Positions 28,421 to 43,110 of a stretch of DNA of 64,000 nt are shown piece after piece. Made by a program: the position numbers and the translations under genes. The notes beneath the pieces were generated by a model. The model was not told the DNA's origin. It ran no database searches and saw nothing but the letters and a program-made list of their open reading frames with translations. The DNA is from Mizuhopecten yessoensis (taxonomy: Eukaryota). The DNA lies in NCBI RefSeq assembly GCF_002113885.1, contig NW_018407390.1:2725587-2789586 (forward strand). The letters run 5' to 3'. Position 1 is the first letter of the stretch. Every line of letters starts with the position of its first letter.

Positions 28421-31400
28421 TTGCTTTATTTAATTCTGTTTGAGTTTTAATTTGTTTTTTAAATATGTCAATGTTGAAAATAGTAAACTATGAAGAATTG
28501 GCAACGCGTTATATTGTGGGACTGTTGGAAATATAAATGTTCCATTGCTACAAAAACGTGTCCTGAAGCTGGATAACAGTTCCCCAGAGCTTTAATTAAG
28601 ACGTTGTTGTTAGGTTGGGGGTTTTTTGAAAGAGAGAAAAAAACCATGCTATTCAGATCTTGCTAATAATTACACCGAGGTTACCAACTAAGGCCGTCAC
28701 TGTGATCCTCTGATTGCAGCCGTGGTCCTTTAATCTATTTCTTTTAAATTGAGATGCTGTTTGCAACGTTCATTACCATCTTAAAGCGCGGTCACCGTTT
28801 CATCAAACGAACCAGTGTAAAGTACCAATCCATGTCTATGTAAAAGAAACTTCCAACGGCATAATCAGGCGTCTGTGGAACACATGTAGCTCATTTTGTG
28901 TAAACTTAGGGGGAAACGGTTGTCTAATTCGTATGCATATATTAACCTATGCTGTGTGGTCGAGTAGTTATCAGGCCAAGTGATTTACATTTGGTGATTC
29001 TGGATGCAATTTACAATAACAACAAATTGATATTTAGAAATATTTCTGATCATGCTTCCCATACTATTATATAGTTATTTTCTGCAAATGCCGGTTTCTT
29101 AATGTTAATATAACAAGGTTTTAACTTATGTAAATCATATATTCTTAATGAAAACCGACATCTTATATTATAACTTCTTATACAAAATGAAGCGAAGAAT
29201 CACTAAAAAGGAATCAGGAGCAGTAACGTGATGATTCATGTCAATTAAAAAATTTCTTGCAAATAAAAAACTTCTAAAAAGGCAATCCTATCTACAGTCG
29301 AGTCTACATTGTTGTGTTTAAGCGTGGTGCTAATAAGACAATCATTCCCGTGTGATACATGATATACTTCTCCTAACGACAAAAATTAGACACATTGACG
29401 TCAGTCATACACAAGGGAATCACGTGATAGGTCGTTAAGAACATTTAACGTTATATTCATGCTATTCGGGTCTTTTCATCAAGCTACATATAAACTTATA
29501 TAGATTGATGTTAAAGGTCATGAAGCTAAAGGCATGAGTGATAAGCATCATAAAAACAGATATAGCTGTATGAATCAAACTCCTAAATGTTAATATTTTA
29601 AGTTATAATATTGGCTCAATTTAAAGTTTTATCTCAAAACAGTTAACGTTTTTGCTTGTAGACAATACGGAAAAATATTTCTATGATGGTGTTTGATTGT
29701 ACTATGTATGTTTAGCGAAGCTGGAAGGACGATTGTCATGTGTTCATTTAGAAATATGATGAATGAAATGATCGCATGTGTCTGGTAATGAGTAAATAAC
29801 TATCACATGATTTATGGTTATTATTGATTTTAAGGTGATTGAAGTCGGCGTTGTAGTCAAGATTCGATCACATTAATTAGCTTATTAATAGTCAGTCAAT
29901 TATCAGGCTAACTTGCTAAATATTTACCTGCCACACAACCCGACAGACTTTGAACCTGTCTGTCGCTCTCAGTAATTTGATAATGAGAAATATACTACAC
30001 CAAGTCAATTTGTCATGCTATATCAGAAAAATGTTAGAAGGCAGGTGGGTATAACACAGTGATCATCACAGACTAACTTGTTTATAACAGTGACTTATCT
30101 TATATTTATCACTTCAATTTTAACTTGTAAAATGATGTACTCGACCGACTTGCACTTTAGTACGTACTACTCCACACCTACACTATACCACTGCTATATT
30201 GTCATAGCGACCGACTTCCACGGTGTATATATGTACTGTATATGTATCGAACTTTAGTTCGTTTCTTGTATTTCACACACAATTTGAGCAAATTCACAAG
30301 TGTACAAACAGAAACAGGTTATGGAAACAAGCGTAGAGCATAGAGCTTATATGTATCCACTTTTGTAGCTTTGATAAATTGTTGAATTTGTTGAAATTTA
30401 CAAATTATATCATGCAACATTTTCAAGAACAGAATACAGATATACTCATTCATATTTAAACACATCATATTCACAAATCATATTATAAAGCATTTTCAAA
30501 AACTACTCGTGTACTTTAATTGTGTGTTATGGCATTATATTTACATGTGCATGGCATTGTCACTATAAAGCCTCTTTGAAAGCTGTGTCGTTGATGGGAC
30601 TTTAATTACCATGCATCACGAGACACAATTCTTAGCGTATTAATACAACACTGACCGGAACTACAATATCCAATATAAATAAACATGACGGCTGCTGAAA
30701 TATCGCTGGGCATTGTGAGATTTGACAATGTCATTGTAAATTTATGTGCAAAATAAAAAATAAAATGTAAAACAATTTTATTACAACGAAAACAAGACCA
30801 AGGTTTGCAATACGTACAAAATGCACATCGGTTAAAATCATCAATGCCGGCAATGGAAACAATTTTAACGCTCATGCAATTTATCAGAATTATCGTCTGT
30901 TACACTGCACTGATCAACAGGGGTTCGTTACAAATGTCTGAAATACACATATTCAACGGACCTACTGACACATATGTTACAGACCTACTGATATGAGTCA
31001 CAGCACACTAACGTTTCAGACATTTGTAACGAACCTGTGCTCCGTCACAAGATCACTCACTTCAAACGCTATCAGTTTCACGCGTCTCGCATCCAAGGTT
31101 CCTCAGTTTCTGTCGACATGTCAAATAACGAGGATGACTGGTGTTAGGTTCCCATACAATCAACAAATAAATTCACGCCTGGATTCCTCAGAAAATGAGC
31201 AAAGAGAAAAGTTCGAATTAACTTCCAAAAGTAACTCCCTCGTGGAGGGCAAGGTCGGATTTACGGTGTTCACTGTATTTGTCCATGCGTGAAATTTGTT
31301 CCGGGGGAAAAACGAAACAATTTCAAATCTAACTTTCAGCTCAGAGTTCTATTGATAAACTTAAATCACCCTATAGAGATATCATACGCAATTGTATTTG

Positions 31401-31879
31401 TACTGAATTGTGGAATAACATTGAAGTATTTGTTAAAAAAAAATGTTTGCCAATCAGCACGCGACAAACACACTGTTCAAACTATTGAACGAAATTTTGT
31501 GGACTGTCGATAAGGCAGAATTTAAATATAAATTATAAGTTAAAAAAGAACATAAGAGGCAGAGAAAACGTAAATATAAGTATTGAACTGTTTTTGTATG
31601 GTATTTATGATCTATTTGAATGACACAGCTTTGCAAGCAAACAACATATTGCGCGCTTTCAATGCTTAAATAAGAGATGTAAAAGGTAGGAATAAAACTT
31701 TTTTGTAGCTATGGCTAATGGTTGAACACAGGTGAAAAGTTCATAATTTTCTGCAAAAAGGAGATACCATCTCCAAATGTATAATCGGGTTGAAGATAAT
31801 TAAGAAGATGTTATCATGCAGGTAATACGCAATAGGTAGTCGAAGTTTGTTGCTTTTGTTAACCGCATGTACAAGATGC

Positions 31880-32605
31880 ATCAAGGCTCTTGAGTAAAGA
31901 TAACTATTCAGAGAGCTACATTCCATTGTGAGCCTCGCATTGTGAATCTGATCATATCTACTTCCACTTCAGAAACATGATGGAACTATATTAGACTGGT
32001 CATATACCTGTTCCTTAAGCTCACGCGACGGTGGATCTGCTTTAAGGTCGGGAGGAAGAGAATTCCAACATTTAGGACGGACGGGAGGAACGAATATCGA
32101 ATCAAAGTAGTGCGACAAAACCTTGGACGAACGTTGTCTACGTCTCTGTAAGCATGAATATGTACATCAACATTTCTATTTGAGAGGATATATATCTTGT
32201 AAGTATGGAGGAACCATTCCTTGAACCATTTCATGAAATTGGACTGCTCAATGGATTTTGCGTCTTTTGACAAGGGTTTCCGATCCCGTTTCCCGATATA
32301 GCATAAATCCACTCGTAAGTTTTGTTTCTCCTGTCAACTACTTGCGGACTCTAAATTTAGACTTTCTACGATATTTACTTGGGAAACTGTACGATTATCC
32401 CATACACGGTCAACATGTTCTATGACTGGGCGAATAAACGAAAAGTATAAGGTTTCGGGTGACTGACGATTAAGAGACAATTCCTAGCAGATGATATCAT
32501 CTCAATAATGTACTGGATATGGTATTTCCATGCACCATTGTCAGATATGTAGACACTGAGATGATTGTGAAAACTTACTTCATTTATAGGGATGTTGCTC
32601 ATACA
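31880..32605 (-). mobile_element. Decayed CR1-like LINE 3' fragment
   Basis: Fragments PINEVSFHNHLSVYISDNGAW, RTTLIRYSFLPS and ARLTMECSSLNSYL parallel the motif order of the 19.9-kb element, with many frameshifts. Confidence 0.75.
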
Positions 32606-35094
32606 CCTTTCCTGCTGACTGTTATGATTTCTTTTTTTAAGGAGATTAGCTAAGGTTTACTTTTCCCTATTTAAAGCCTATATTTTTGACTTTTGTAAAA
32701 TGAATTCAAAAATAGTTAGAAGTTACAAATCAAAACCATGTGTGTAACACAGAGGTAAACCTATATAGATATACAAATTACTAAAATGATTGCATTGTTC
32801 ATAATATGTTCTTATTTGTAAAGCTACAATGATTTGCATATAACATATAATATCTTTACACAATTTATTTATATCCTTATTTTATTATATTTTCTTATTG
32901 CTATTATATTTTTCGGTGCAATTTTTAGGATGGAAGGTAATTTGAAAAAAACTATGAAGAAGACTCGTATGACAAAACCCTAGTAGGGAAAAGTGGAATT
33001 CTATGAATTACAATCACACTATACAAAAAAAAAAAACAGCATCTATTGCATAAATCACAATTAGGTAAATCTATCCACCATATAAAAAAAATACTGTAAA
33101 GACGAAAATATCCGTCAATTATCTTTGAGCAATTAGCACAGATATGGACACAGAGACTCGTAAAATGTCATCAATACCGTTTTTAACGGCTAAGCGTCAA
33201 AACGCAGGGAAGTGAGCTGGCAGTAGCAGCAAGGTTACAGAAACAGAGCCTGATGAATCAATGTCGGAACCACGACAGGAACTGGACAATTTGAACAGAA
33301 GGGGAAAACTGACACAGCTTAACAAAATATGATTAAATAGATTAGTAGTAATAAGTATTGAGGAATGCTTTCACAAAGCATTACTAGCTTTGCGAAATTA
33401 TTTGAATTTTTGATCGATGTTTTCACTTTGTTTATTCGTTATATTTTTTTTTTCAAAACTATGTATTAATAAACAATGTTATGCTTCACCTTTGTTGTAT
33501 TTCATATAATTAAAAAATAATGTTTTCAAGCTCGTCACACAAATACTAAAACTGACCGATCACTAACCTGACAGTTACGCAGTGATATGTCTAGAGGCCG
33601 TGTTCTAATCACTATACTGAACAAATACAGGTACAATTATAGATACAACCGGCAAATTATCTAAATTTCTCCTGGGTGTTCGTATTTCCTCATTAGTTAG
33701 CATCGCGGCCTGATAGGAACTGGTCAAATCCTAAAACGACAAGACGTTTTATCAAATGTACCATTTAGAGGTAACACACCGCGTGTGGTCATATTTCCAA
33801 AAACAGAACGTGTTTCGACATATAAGGTACATGTATAGCGAAATACAAATCTGATTTATTATGTACAACTCAAAATTGTGACACCTGCTTATTATCATTA
33901 TCCTTACAACTGTTCTATCATGACATTACAGAAGTTATTTTTTAATTACAGGATGTGAGTATGACCAGTCCGTGTCATTGTGATTTATTCCTATTTGTTA
34001 TTTCGATTCATTTTGTGTTCCAGGCACTGAATGACATTGTACTTTAGCTGTTTAGGACTTTGATAATTCTAGGAACTTCCTGCTTAAAAATCCAATGGTG
34101 CAAAAGCTGATGGCAGGATACAGAGTCCTTTTTATTTTAATTTTTTGGCTTTGATGTTTTTCTGTTATTCAAGTGTTACAGGTCTGAGTATTCTGTATTT
34201 TGAAATTTTTGTTTTTATCTTATTAACGCATTCATTCAAAACCAGCAGATAAAGTTTGAACTACATGTATGGTTATATCCATATTATCAGCTGAAGTGGT
34301 AGTGTTATATAACTGTTGTTGGCATTTATCAGTATCCATCTTATATGTATCCTGTTTCCGATATGTTAATGACCCTTTCCGTGATTTATGTGTTCCATCA
34401 CGAATCGTACACACCTAATCACCATTTAATACGTTTGAACTTTAAATTCATTGTTCAGTTCATAAGGACAATTGTTTACATATTAGCCTGGAAAATTGCA
34501 TAATGTCTCACATTCATTCATAAACTCGGGTTTCACTTAACATGCATATTGCAAATAAGTATGAAATATGTATTAATAATTCGAGCTCACCAAAGAGCTA
34601 TTTTCTTTAATGGCTGGGATTGTGACGGTGGGTTTGGTGCGAGAATGACTTGATGCGGTATTGGTGCCGGAAGCAGTATAGTCGATCCAAGGAGTGGGAA
34701 ATGTAATCTCGTAGTGACGTAGAGGGATATTTCCGGGTCCAATTTCATTCCATTACAAATGAGTATATGTACCTAATGGTCGAGTGACAACGCCGGGTTC
34801 CATACCTAATATGGAGATAATAATGTTAGTCATTTATTCAGTATAATTCATTTTCAGACGGTTTCTCTTGTTTATATATTTCTTTTCTACATTTTCTTTT
34901 TTGCATAAGATGCACATTTGTTTGGAAGAAATTTCAAAAAATACTGTTAATTGACGATCGTAGTTTTCCCCCTGATATTCATTCATGAACCCGCATTCTG
35001 TAAGCTTGATTCATAATCAGGTCACTTTGAGCCGTGACCAGAATTAGTTAGACTATTGAGACATGACTGGGTTTATTTTGTGATATGCTTCATA

Positions 35095-36465
35095 ACATTA
35101 TGTTACATTGTATAAACGTGATGCTACATTGTATCTACGTTATGTTACATTGTACCTACGTTATGTTACATTGTATCTACGTGATGTTACATTGTATCTA
35201 CGTTATGTTACATTGTATCTACGTTATGTTACATTGTATCTACGTTATGTTACATTGTATCTATACGTCATGTTACATTGTATCTACGTTATGTTACATT
35301 GTATCTACGTTATGTTACATTGTATCTACGTTATGTTACATTGTATCTACGTTATGTTACATTGTATCTACGTTATGTTACATTGTATCTACGTTATGTT
35401 ACATTGTATCTACGTTATGTTACATTGTATCTACGTTATGTTACATTGTATCTACGTTATGTTACATTGTATCTACGTTATGTTACATTGTATCTACGTT
35501 ATGTTACATTGTATCTACGTTATGTTACATTGTATCTACGTTATGTTACATTGTATCTACGTTATGTTACATTGTATCTACGTTATGTTACATTGTATCT
35601 ACGTTATGTTACATTGTATCTACGTTATGTTACATTGTATCTACGTTATGTTACATTGTATCTACGTTATGTTACATTGTATCTACGTTATGTTACATTG
35701 TATCTACGTTATGTTACATTGTATCTACGTTATGTTACATTGTATCTACGTTATGTTACATTGTATCTACGTTATGTTACATTGTATCTACGTTATGTTA
35801 CATTGTATCTACGTTATGTTACATTGTATCTACGTTATGTTACATTGTATCTACGTTATGTTACATTGTATCTACGTTATGTTACATTGTATCTACGTTA
35901 TGTTACATTGTATCTACGTTATGTTACATTGTATCTACGTTATGTTACATTGTATCTACGTTATGTTACATTGTATCTACGTTATGTTACATTGTATCTA
36001 CGTTATGTTACATTGTATCTACGTTATGTTACATTGTATCTACGTTATGTTACATTGTATCTACGTTATGTTACATTGTATCTACGTTATGTTACATTGT
36101 ATCTACGTTATGTTACATTGTATCTACGTTATGTTACATTGTATCTACGTTATGTTACATTGTATCTACGTTATGTTACATTGTATCTACGTTATGTTAC
36201 ATTGTATCTACGTTATGTTACATTGTATCTACGTTATGTTACATTGTATCTACGTTATGTTACATTGTATCTACGTTATGTTACATTGTATCTACGTTAT
36301 GTTACATTGTATCTACGTTATGTTACATTGTATCTACGTTATGTTATATTTTATCTATATTATGTTACATTGTATCTACGTTATGTTACATATTATCTAC
36401 GTTATGTTACATTGTACCTACGTTATGTTACATTGTATCTACGTTATGTTACATTGTATCAACGT
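35095..36465. repeat. 21-bp minisatellite, about 65 copies, nearly homogeneous
   Basis: Unit tatgttacattgtatctacgt; variants occur only at the array ends. Confidence 0.99.
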
Positions 36466-36657
36466 TATTGTCCCCTACAGGTTCGATGAAAGATTAGTCC
36501 TCCTGTAGTTCACTTCATGTCGTAAAGGGTTACTCGTTTTGGGACATCCACCGGAATCCGGTTTTTATCTGTTTTGTCAGAAGTCATGGAAGAAATCAAA
36601 ACTGATACGCCGATCTATTGCAACTCTTTGATTTATGTATTTTCTTGCTCACTTCTC

Positions 36658-37035
36658 TGATTTTCCTTTCCGCGACATCTCCCCTAGCTGCCGTCGTCTT
36701 ATGATGATCTTCCTTTCCGCGACATCTCCCCTAGCTGCCGTCGTCCTATGATGATTTTCCTTTCCGCGACATCTCCCCTAGCTGCCGTCGTCTTATGATG
36801 AATTTCCTTTCCACGGCATCTCCCCTAGCTGCCGTCGTCTTATGATGAATTTCCTTTCCGCGGCATCTCCCCTATCTGCCGTCGTCTTATGATGATCTTC
36901 TTTTCCGCGGCATCTCCCCTAGCTGCCGTCGTCCTATGATGATCTTCCTTTCCGCGGCATCTCCCCTAGCTGCCATCGTCCTATGATGATCTTTTCCCTT
37001 CTGCGACATCTCCCCTATCTGCCGTCGTCTTATGA
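36658..37035. repeat. 47-bp minisatellite, about 8 copies
   Basis: Unit cctttccgcgacatctcccctagctgccgtcgtcttatgatgatctt; starts at 36665 and 36712 give the period. Confidence 0.95.
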
Positions 37036-37434
37036 CATTAGCTGTTATTATACCACTAAACCACACTCCGATCTGCGGTAATGTAGAGAAGGCATGATTA
37101 ATAAATGCATACAATCCGAATTCTAATATATTTATCAATGGAACACAGTTCAGACTCGTTGATATTTCTACAACGGTGCCCTACTATACCACCTATTTCT
37201 AAACATGATGTCATAATGATTCAGTCGTCTCAGAATTTAATCAGCTTTGTTTAGAACGTTGGTGGGTGGATTTTCGAGACTCGTTTTACTATAATTATGC
37301 AAAATATTCAAATGATAAGTACATGTCCTATTTTATATTACAAAGATACCTTCCAGACGGACGTTCATTTCTCAAACATATTGTATAACACGAATGTATT
37401 TGTCCATGTGAATATTTCGAATATGAGAAGGTAT

Positions 37435-37585
37435 GGGTTACCTACCCGACCACGTGAGTTTTCTCCGAGTACTCCAGTTTCCTCCAATAATACGACCACG
37501 CGTGCGAACATTCGGGCTAAGAAGACTGATTATTATGAGATGAATGATGTGTTTAATAATTGTTGTAAAATATATAAAGTTTTTA
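37435..37585 (+). mobile_element. V-type SINE core and 3' part
   Basis: ccgaccacgtgagttttctccgagtactccagtttcctcc resembles the V-domain motif ggttttctccgggtactccggtttcctccc (recalled consensus). Confidence 0.65.
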
Positions 37586-38066
37586 TTTTCATATGATTCA
37601 AATATTCATTTTTAGGTTCATTAATGTTAAGGATTTCCCATTTCTTTCATGTCCACCATCTTGGAAAATCATTACAGTTTTATGATGATGTCATCGATGT
37701 CGGCACAAAATCGCTTATGTCGTTATGATTGTTTCTTGTTTTTCATCAAATTCTGGTTGGATTCTCTTTCTGATGCACTTTCTGATTCGTAATTAGTTTG
37801 TGTTTTGGCAAAGCTATAGGCATTCGAAAAGGGACATTTTTTTGTGTGTATATGCACAAAATAGGAATAATATGCGAATTCGTGAATATAAATACCCAAA
37901 GATATCAACAATTCTATAGGCAAACCATTATATTTTCGTGTCCCAAATGTCTAGAACAGGATTAGCCTGTCTAAAAAGTTAGTCACAAAGGCAAGCATTA
38001 CTAACTTTGACAGGGAAAATTGTGAATCAGTAAATGGAAAGTTCACTCTTCTTGGTCTTACAAAAC

Positions 38067-41000
38067 ATCATTACACGTCATAACAGTGATCACCATTAAA
38101 CGTCATTACAGTGATCATCATTACACGTCATGACAGTAATCAGTATTACAGGTCAATACAGTGATCATCATTACACGTCATTACAGTTATCACCATTAAA
38201 CGTCATTACAGTGATCATCATTACACGTCATTACAATGATCATTATTACACGTCATTACAGTGATCATCATAACACGTCATTACAGTGATCATAATTACG
38301 CGTCATTACAGTGATCATCATTACACGTCATTACAGTGATCATCATTACACGTCATTTCAGTGATCATCATTACACGTCATTGCAATGATCATCATTGAA
38401 CGTCATTACAGTGACTATCATTACACGTCATTACAGTGATCATCATAACACGTCATTACAGGGATCACCATTACACGTCATTACAGTGATCATCATTAAA
38501 CGTCATTACAGGGATCACCATTACACGTCATTACAGTGATCATTATTACACGTCATTACAGTGATCATCATTACACGTCATTACAATGATCATCATTACA
38601 CTTCATTACAGTGATTACCATTACACGTCATTACAGTGATCATCATAGTGATCATCATTACATGTCATTACATTGATCATCATTACAGGTCATTACATTG
38701 ATCATCATTACATGTCATGACATTGATCATCATGAAAGGTCATTACATTGATCATCATTACAGGTCATTACAGTGATCATCATGACATGTCATTACAGTG
38801 ATCATCATTACACGTCATTACATTGATCATCATTACAGGTCATTACAGTGATCATCATTAAAGGTCATTACAGTGATCATCATTAAAGGTCATTACAGTG
38901 ATCATCATAACAAGAATTACAGTGATCATCATTACACGTCATTACAGTGATCATCATTACAGGTCATTACAGTGATCATCATTAAAGGTCATTACAGTGA
39001 TCATCATTAAAGGTCATTACAGTGATCATCATAACAAGAATTACAGTGATCATCATTACACGTCATTACAGTGATCATCATTACAGGTCATTACAGTGAT
39101 CATCATTACAGGTCATTACAGTGATCATCATTAAAGGTCATTGCAGTGATCATCATTAAAGGTCATTACAGTGATCATCATAACAAGAATTACAATGATC
39201 ATCATTACACGTCATTACAGGAATCACCATTACACGTCATTACAGTGATCATCATTACACGTCGTGACAGTAATCAGTATTACAGGTCAATGCAGTGATC
39301 ATCATTACACGTCATTACAGTGATAATCATTACAGGTCATTGCAATGATCATTATTACAGGTCATAACAATGATCATCATTACACGTCATTACAGGAATC
39401 ACCATTACACGCCATACAGTGATCATCATTACACGTCATTACAATGATCACCATTACCCGTCATAACAGTGATTATTATTACACGTCATTACAGTGATAA
39501 TCATTACACGTCATTACAATGATCATCATAACACTTCATTACAGTGATCACCATTACACGTCATTACAGTGATCATCATATTGATCATCATTACATGTCA
39601 TTACAGTGATCATCATTACAGATCATTACAGTGATCATCATTACACGCCATTACAGTGATAATCATTACACGTCATTGCAATGATCATTATTACAGGTCA
39701 TAACAATGATCATCATTACACGTCATAACAGTGATCATCATTGAACTTCATTACAGTGACTATTATTACACGTCATTACAGTGATCATCATAACACGTCA
39801 TTACAGTGATCATAATTACGCGTCATTACAGTGATCATCATTACACGTCATTACAGTGATCATCATAACACGTCATAACAATGATCATCATAACACGTCA
39901 TTACAGTGATCATCATTACACGTCATTTCAGTGATCATCATCACACGTCATTTCAGTGATCATCAGTACACGTCATTACAATGATCATCAATATACGTCA
40001 CTACAGGGATCACCATTACACGTCATTACAGTGATCATCATTACACGTCATTACAGTGATCACCATTACAGTGATCACCATTACAGTGATCATTATAACA
40101 GGCCATTTCAGTGATCATCATTACAGGTCATAAAAGTGATCATTATAAAGTGATAATCATTACACGTCATTGCAATGATCATTATTACAGGTCATAAACA
40201 GTTATCACCATTAAACGTCATTACAGTGATCATCAGTACACGTCATTACAATGTCATTACATTGATCATCATTACAGGTCATTACAGTGACCACTATCAG
40301 TGATCATCATTACAGGTCATTACAGTGACCACTATAACAGGCCATTACAGTGATCATCATCACAGGTAATTACAGTGATCATCATTACAGTGCAGTGATC
40401 ATCATTTCACGTCATTACAGTGATCATCATCACAGGTAATTACAGTGATCATCATTACAGGTCATTACAGTGATCATCATTGAACTTCATTACAGTGACT
40501 ATCATTACACGTCATTACAGGGATCCCCATTACACGTCATTACAGTGACTATCATTACATGTCATTACATTGATCATCATTACAGGCCATTACAGTGATC
40601 ATCATCACAGGTCATTACAGTGATCATCATTACAGGTCATTACAGTGATCAATTCCTCTAAATGCTGAACGTTAAGCAGGAAACAATCACTACCATTAAT
40701 AAGGACTTTGGTATGTCCCGGCCTGGGAACACAACCCATTGCCTTCCTCACTGGGGCGAACGCTAAACATTAAGGTCAAATGCGAGGTGTTGCCAAGCAA
40801 GGCGCTAGGAAATAAAAGGCAGTTAGAAGTAGACACAAAGATAAAAATTCAATATATTGCTATGGGTGCAGCAGAATTATTTTGGTCGTTGTGTCCCCAA
40901 ATAGAGGACACTAAAGTAAATCCCCAAATCACCATTACAGGTCATTACAGTGATAATCATTACAGGTCATTACAATTATCATTATTACAGGCCATTACAG

Positions 41001-43110
41001 TGATCACCATTACAGTGATCATTATAACAGGCTATTACAGTGTATGATATAACAAGCCATTACAGTGATCACTGATGATCACTGTAATGGTGATCACTGT
41101 AATGGCCTGTTATAATGATAGCTGTAATGGTGATCACTGTTATGGCCTGTTATATTGATAACTGTAACGGCCTGTTCTNTGATCACTGTTATGGCCTGTT
41201 ATATTGATAACTGTAACGGCCTGTTATATTGGTAACGGTAATTGCCTATTATAACGAGACCTGTAATGGCCTGTTAAAATGATCGCTAACATGTCATTAC
41301 AGTTACATTATAACAGGCCATTTCAATGATAATTATAACAGGCTATTACAGTGATTAATATAACAATCCATTACAGTGATCATCATTACAGGTCAATACA
41401 GTGATCACCATTACAGTGATCACCATTTCAGTGATCACCATTACAGTGATCATTATAACAGGCTATTTCAGTGATCATCATTACAGGTCATAAAAGTGAT
41501 CATTATAAGAGGCTATTACAGTGATGAATATAACAAGCCATTACAGTGATCACCATTTCAGTGATCATCATTACAGGTCATTACAGTGATCACCATTACA
41601 GTGATCATTATAACAAGCCATTACAGTGATTAATATAACAGGCTATTACAGTGATTAATATAACAAGCCATTACAGTGATCACCATTACAGTGATCATCA
41701 TTACAATGATCATTATAACAGGCTATTTCAGTGATCATCATTACAGGTCATAAGAGTGATCATTATAAGAGGCTATTACAGTGATAATTATATCAGGTCA
41801 TTACAGTGATCACCATTACAGTGATCATCATTACAGTGATCATTATAACAGGCTATTTCAGTGATCATCATTACAGGTCATAAAAGTGATCATTATAAGA
41901 GGCTATTACAGTGATAATTATATCAGGTCATTACAGTGATCATCATTACAGTGATCATCATTACAGGTCATTACAGTGATCACCATTACAGTGATCACCA
42001 TTTCAGTGATCACCATTACAGTTATGATTATAACAGGCTATTACAGTTATCATCATTACAGGTCATAACAGTGATCATTATAACAAGCCATTACAGTGAT
42101 AATTATAACAAGCCATTACAGTGATCACCATAACAGTGATCATCATTACAGTGATCACCATTACAGTGATCACCATTTCAGTGATCACCATTTCAGTGAT
42201 AATTATAACAGGCTATTACAGTGATTAATGTAACAAGCCATTACAGTGATCACCATTACAGTTATCATTATAACAAGCCATTACAGTGATTTATATAACA
42301 AGCTATTACAGTGATCATTATAACAGGCTATTACAGTGATCATTATAACAAGCCATTACAGTGATCATCATTACAGGTCATTACAGTTATCATTATAACA
42401 AGCCATTAAAGTGACCACTATAATAGGCTATTACAGTGATTAATATAACAAACCATTACAGTGATCACCATTACAGTGATCATCATTACAGGCCATTACA
42501 GTGATCATTATAACAGGCCATTTCAGTGATCATCATTACAGGTCATTACAGTGACCACTATAACAGGCCATTACAGTGATCATCATTACAGTGATCACCA
42601 TTTCAGTGATAATTATAACAGGCTATTACAGTGATCATTATAACATGCCATTTCAGTGATCATCATTACAGGCCATTACAGTGATCATTATAACAGGCCA
42701 TTACAGTGATCATTATAACAGTGATAATTATTACAGGCCATTACAGTGATCATCATTACAGGTCATTACATTGATCATCATTACAGGTCATTACAGTAAT
42801 CATCATTACAGGTCATTACAGTGATCATTATAACAGTGATCATTATAACAGGTCATTTCAGTGATCATTATAACAGGTCATTACAGTGATCACCATTACA
42901 GTGATCATTATTACAGGCCATTAGAGTGATCATCATTACAGGTCATTACAGTGATCATCATTACAGGTCATTTCAGTGATCATTACAACAGGCCATTTCA
43001 GTGATCATTTTAACAGGCCATTACAGTGATCAACATTACAGTGATCATTATAACAGGCCATTACAGTGATCACCATTTCAGTCATCATCATTAAAAGTCA
43101 TTATAGTGAT
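38067..43110. repeat. 25-bp (15+10) CATTACA-based satellite of about 5 kb, with a unique island (40652-40926) and an inverted block (41076-41290)
   Basis: Unit cattacagtgatcat+cattacacgt/caggt; the period of 25 is seen at 38281 and 38306. Confidence 0.97.
40652..40800 (-). mobile_element. 5' part (tRNA head plus Meta-like core) of a SINE
   Basis: Reverse complement gtttagcgttcgccccagtgaggaaggcaatgggtt..ggccgggacataccaaagtcctt..aatggtagt..aacgttcagcatttag aligns with 10040-10142. Confidence 0.75.

Noticed and set aside
25484-28450. FFSHFLTL / EQSKEVRK repeat ORFs
   Set aside because: Translation of the 24-bp satellite, with frequent frameshifting indels.
35085-36508. Three 400-470-aa ORFs
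   Set aside because: Read-through of a stop-free 21-bp unit in all three plus frames; pure 7-aa repeats with no splice or domain context.
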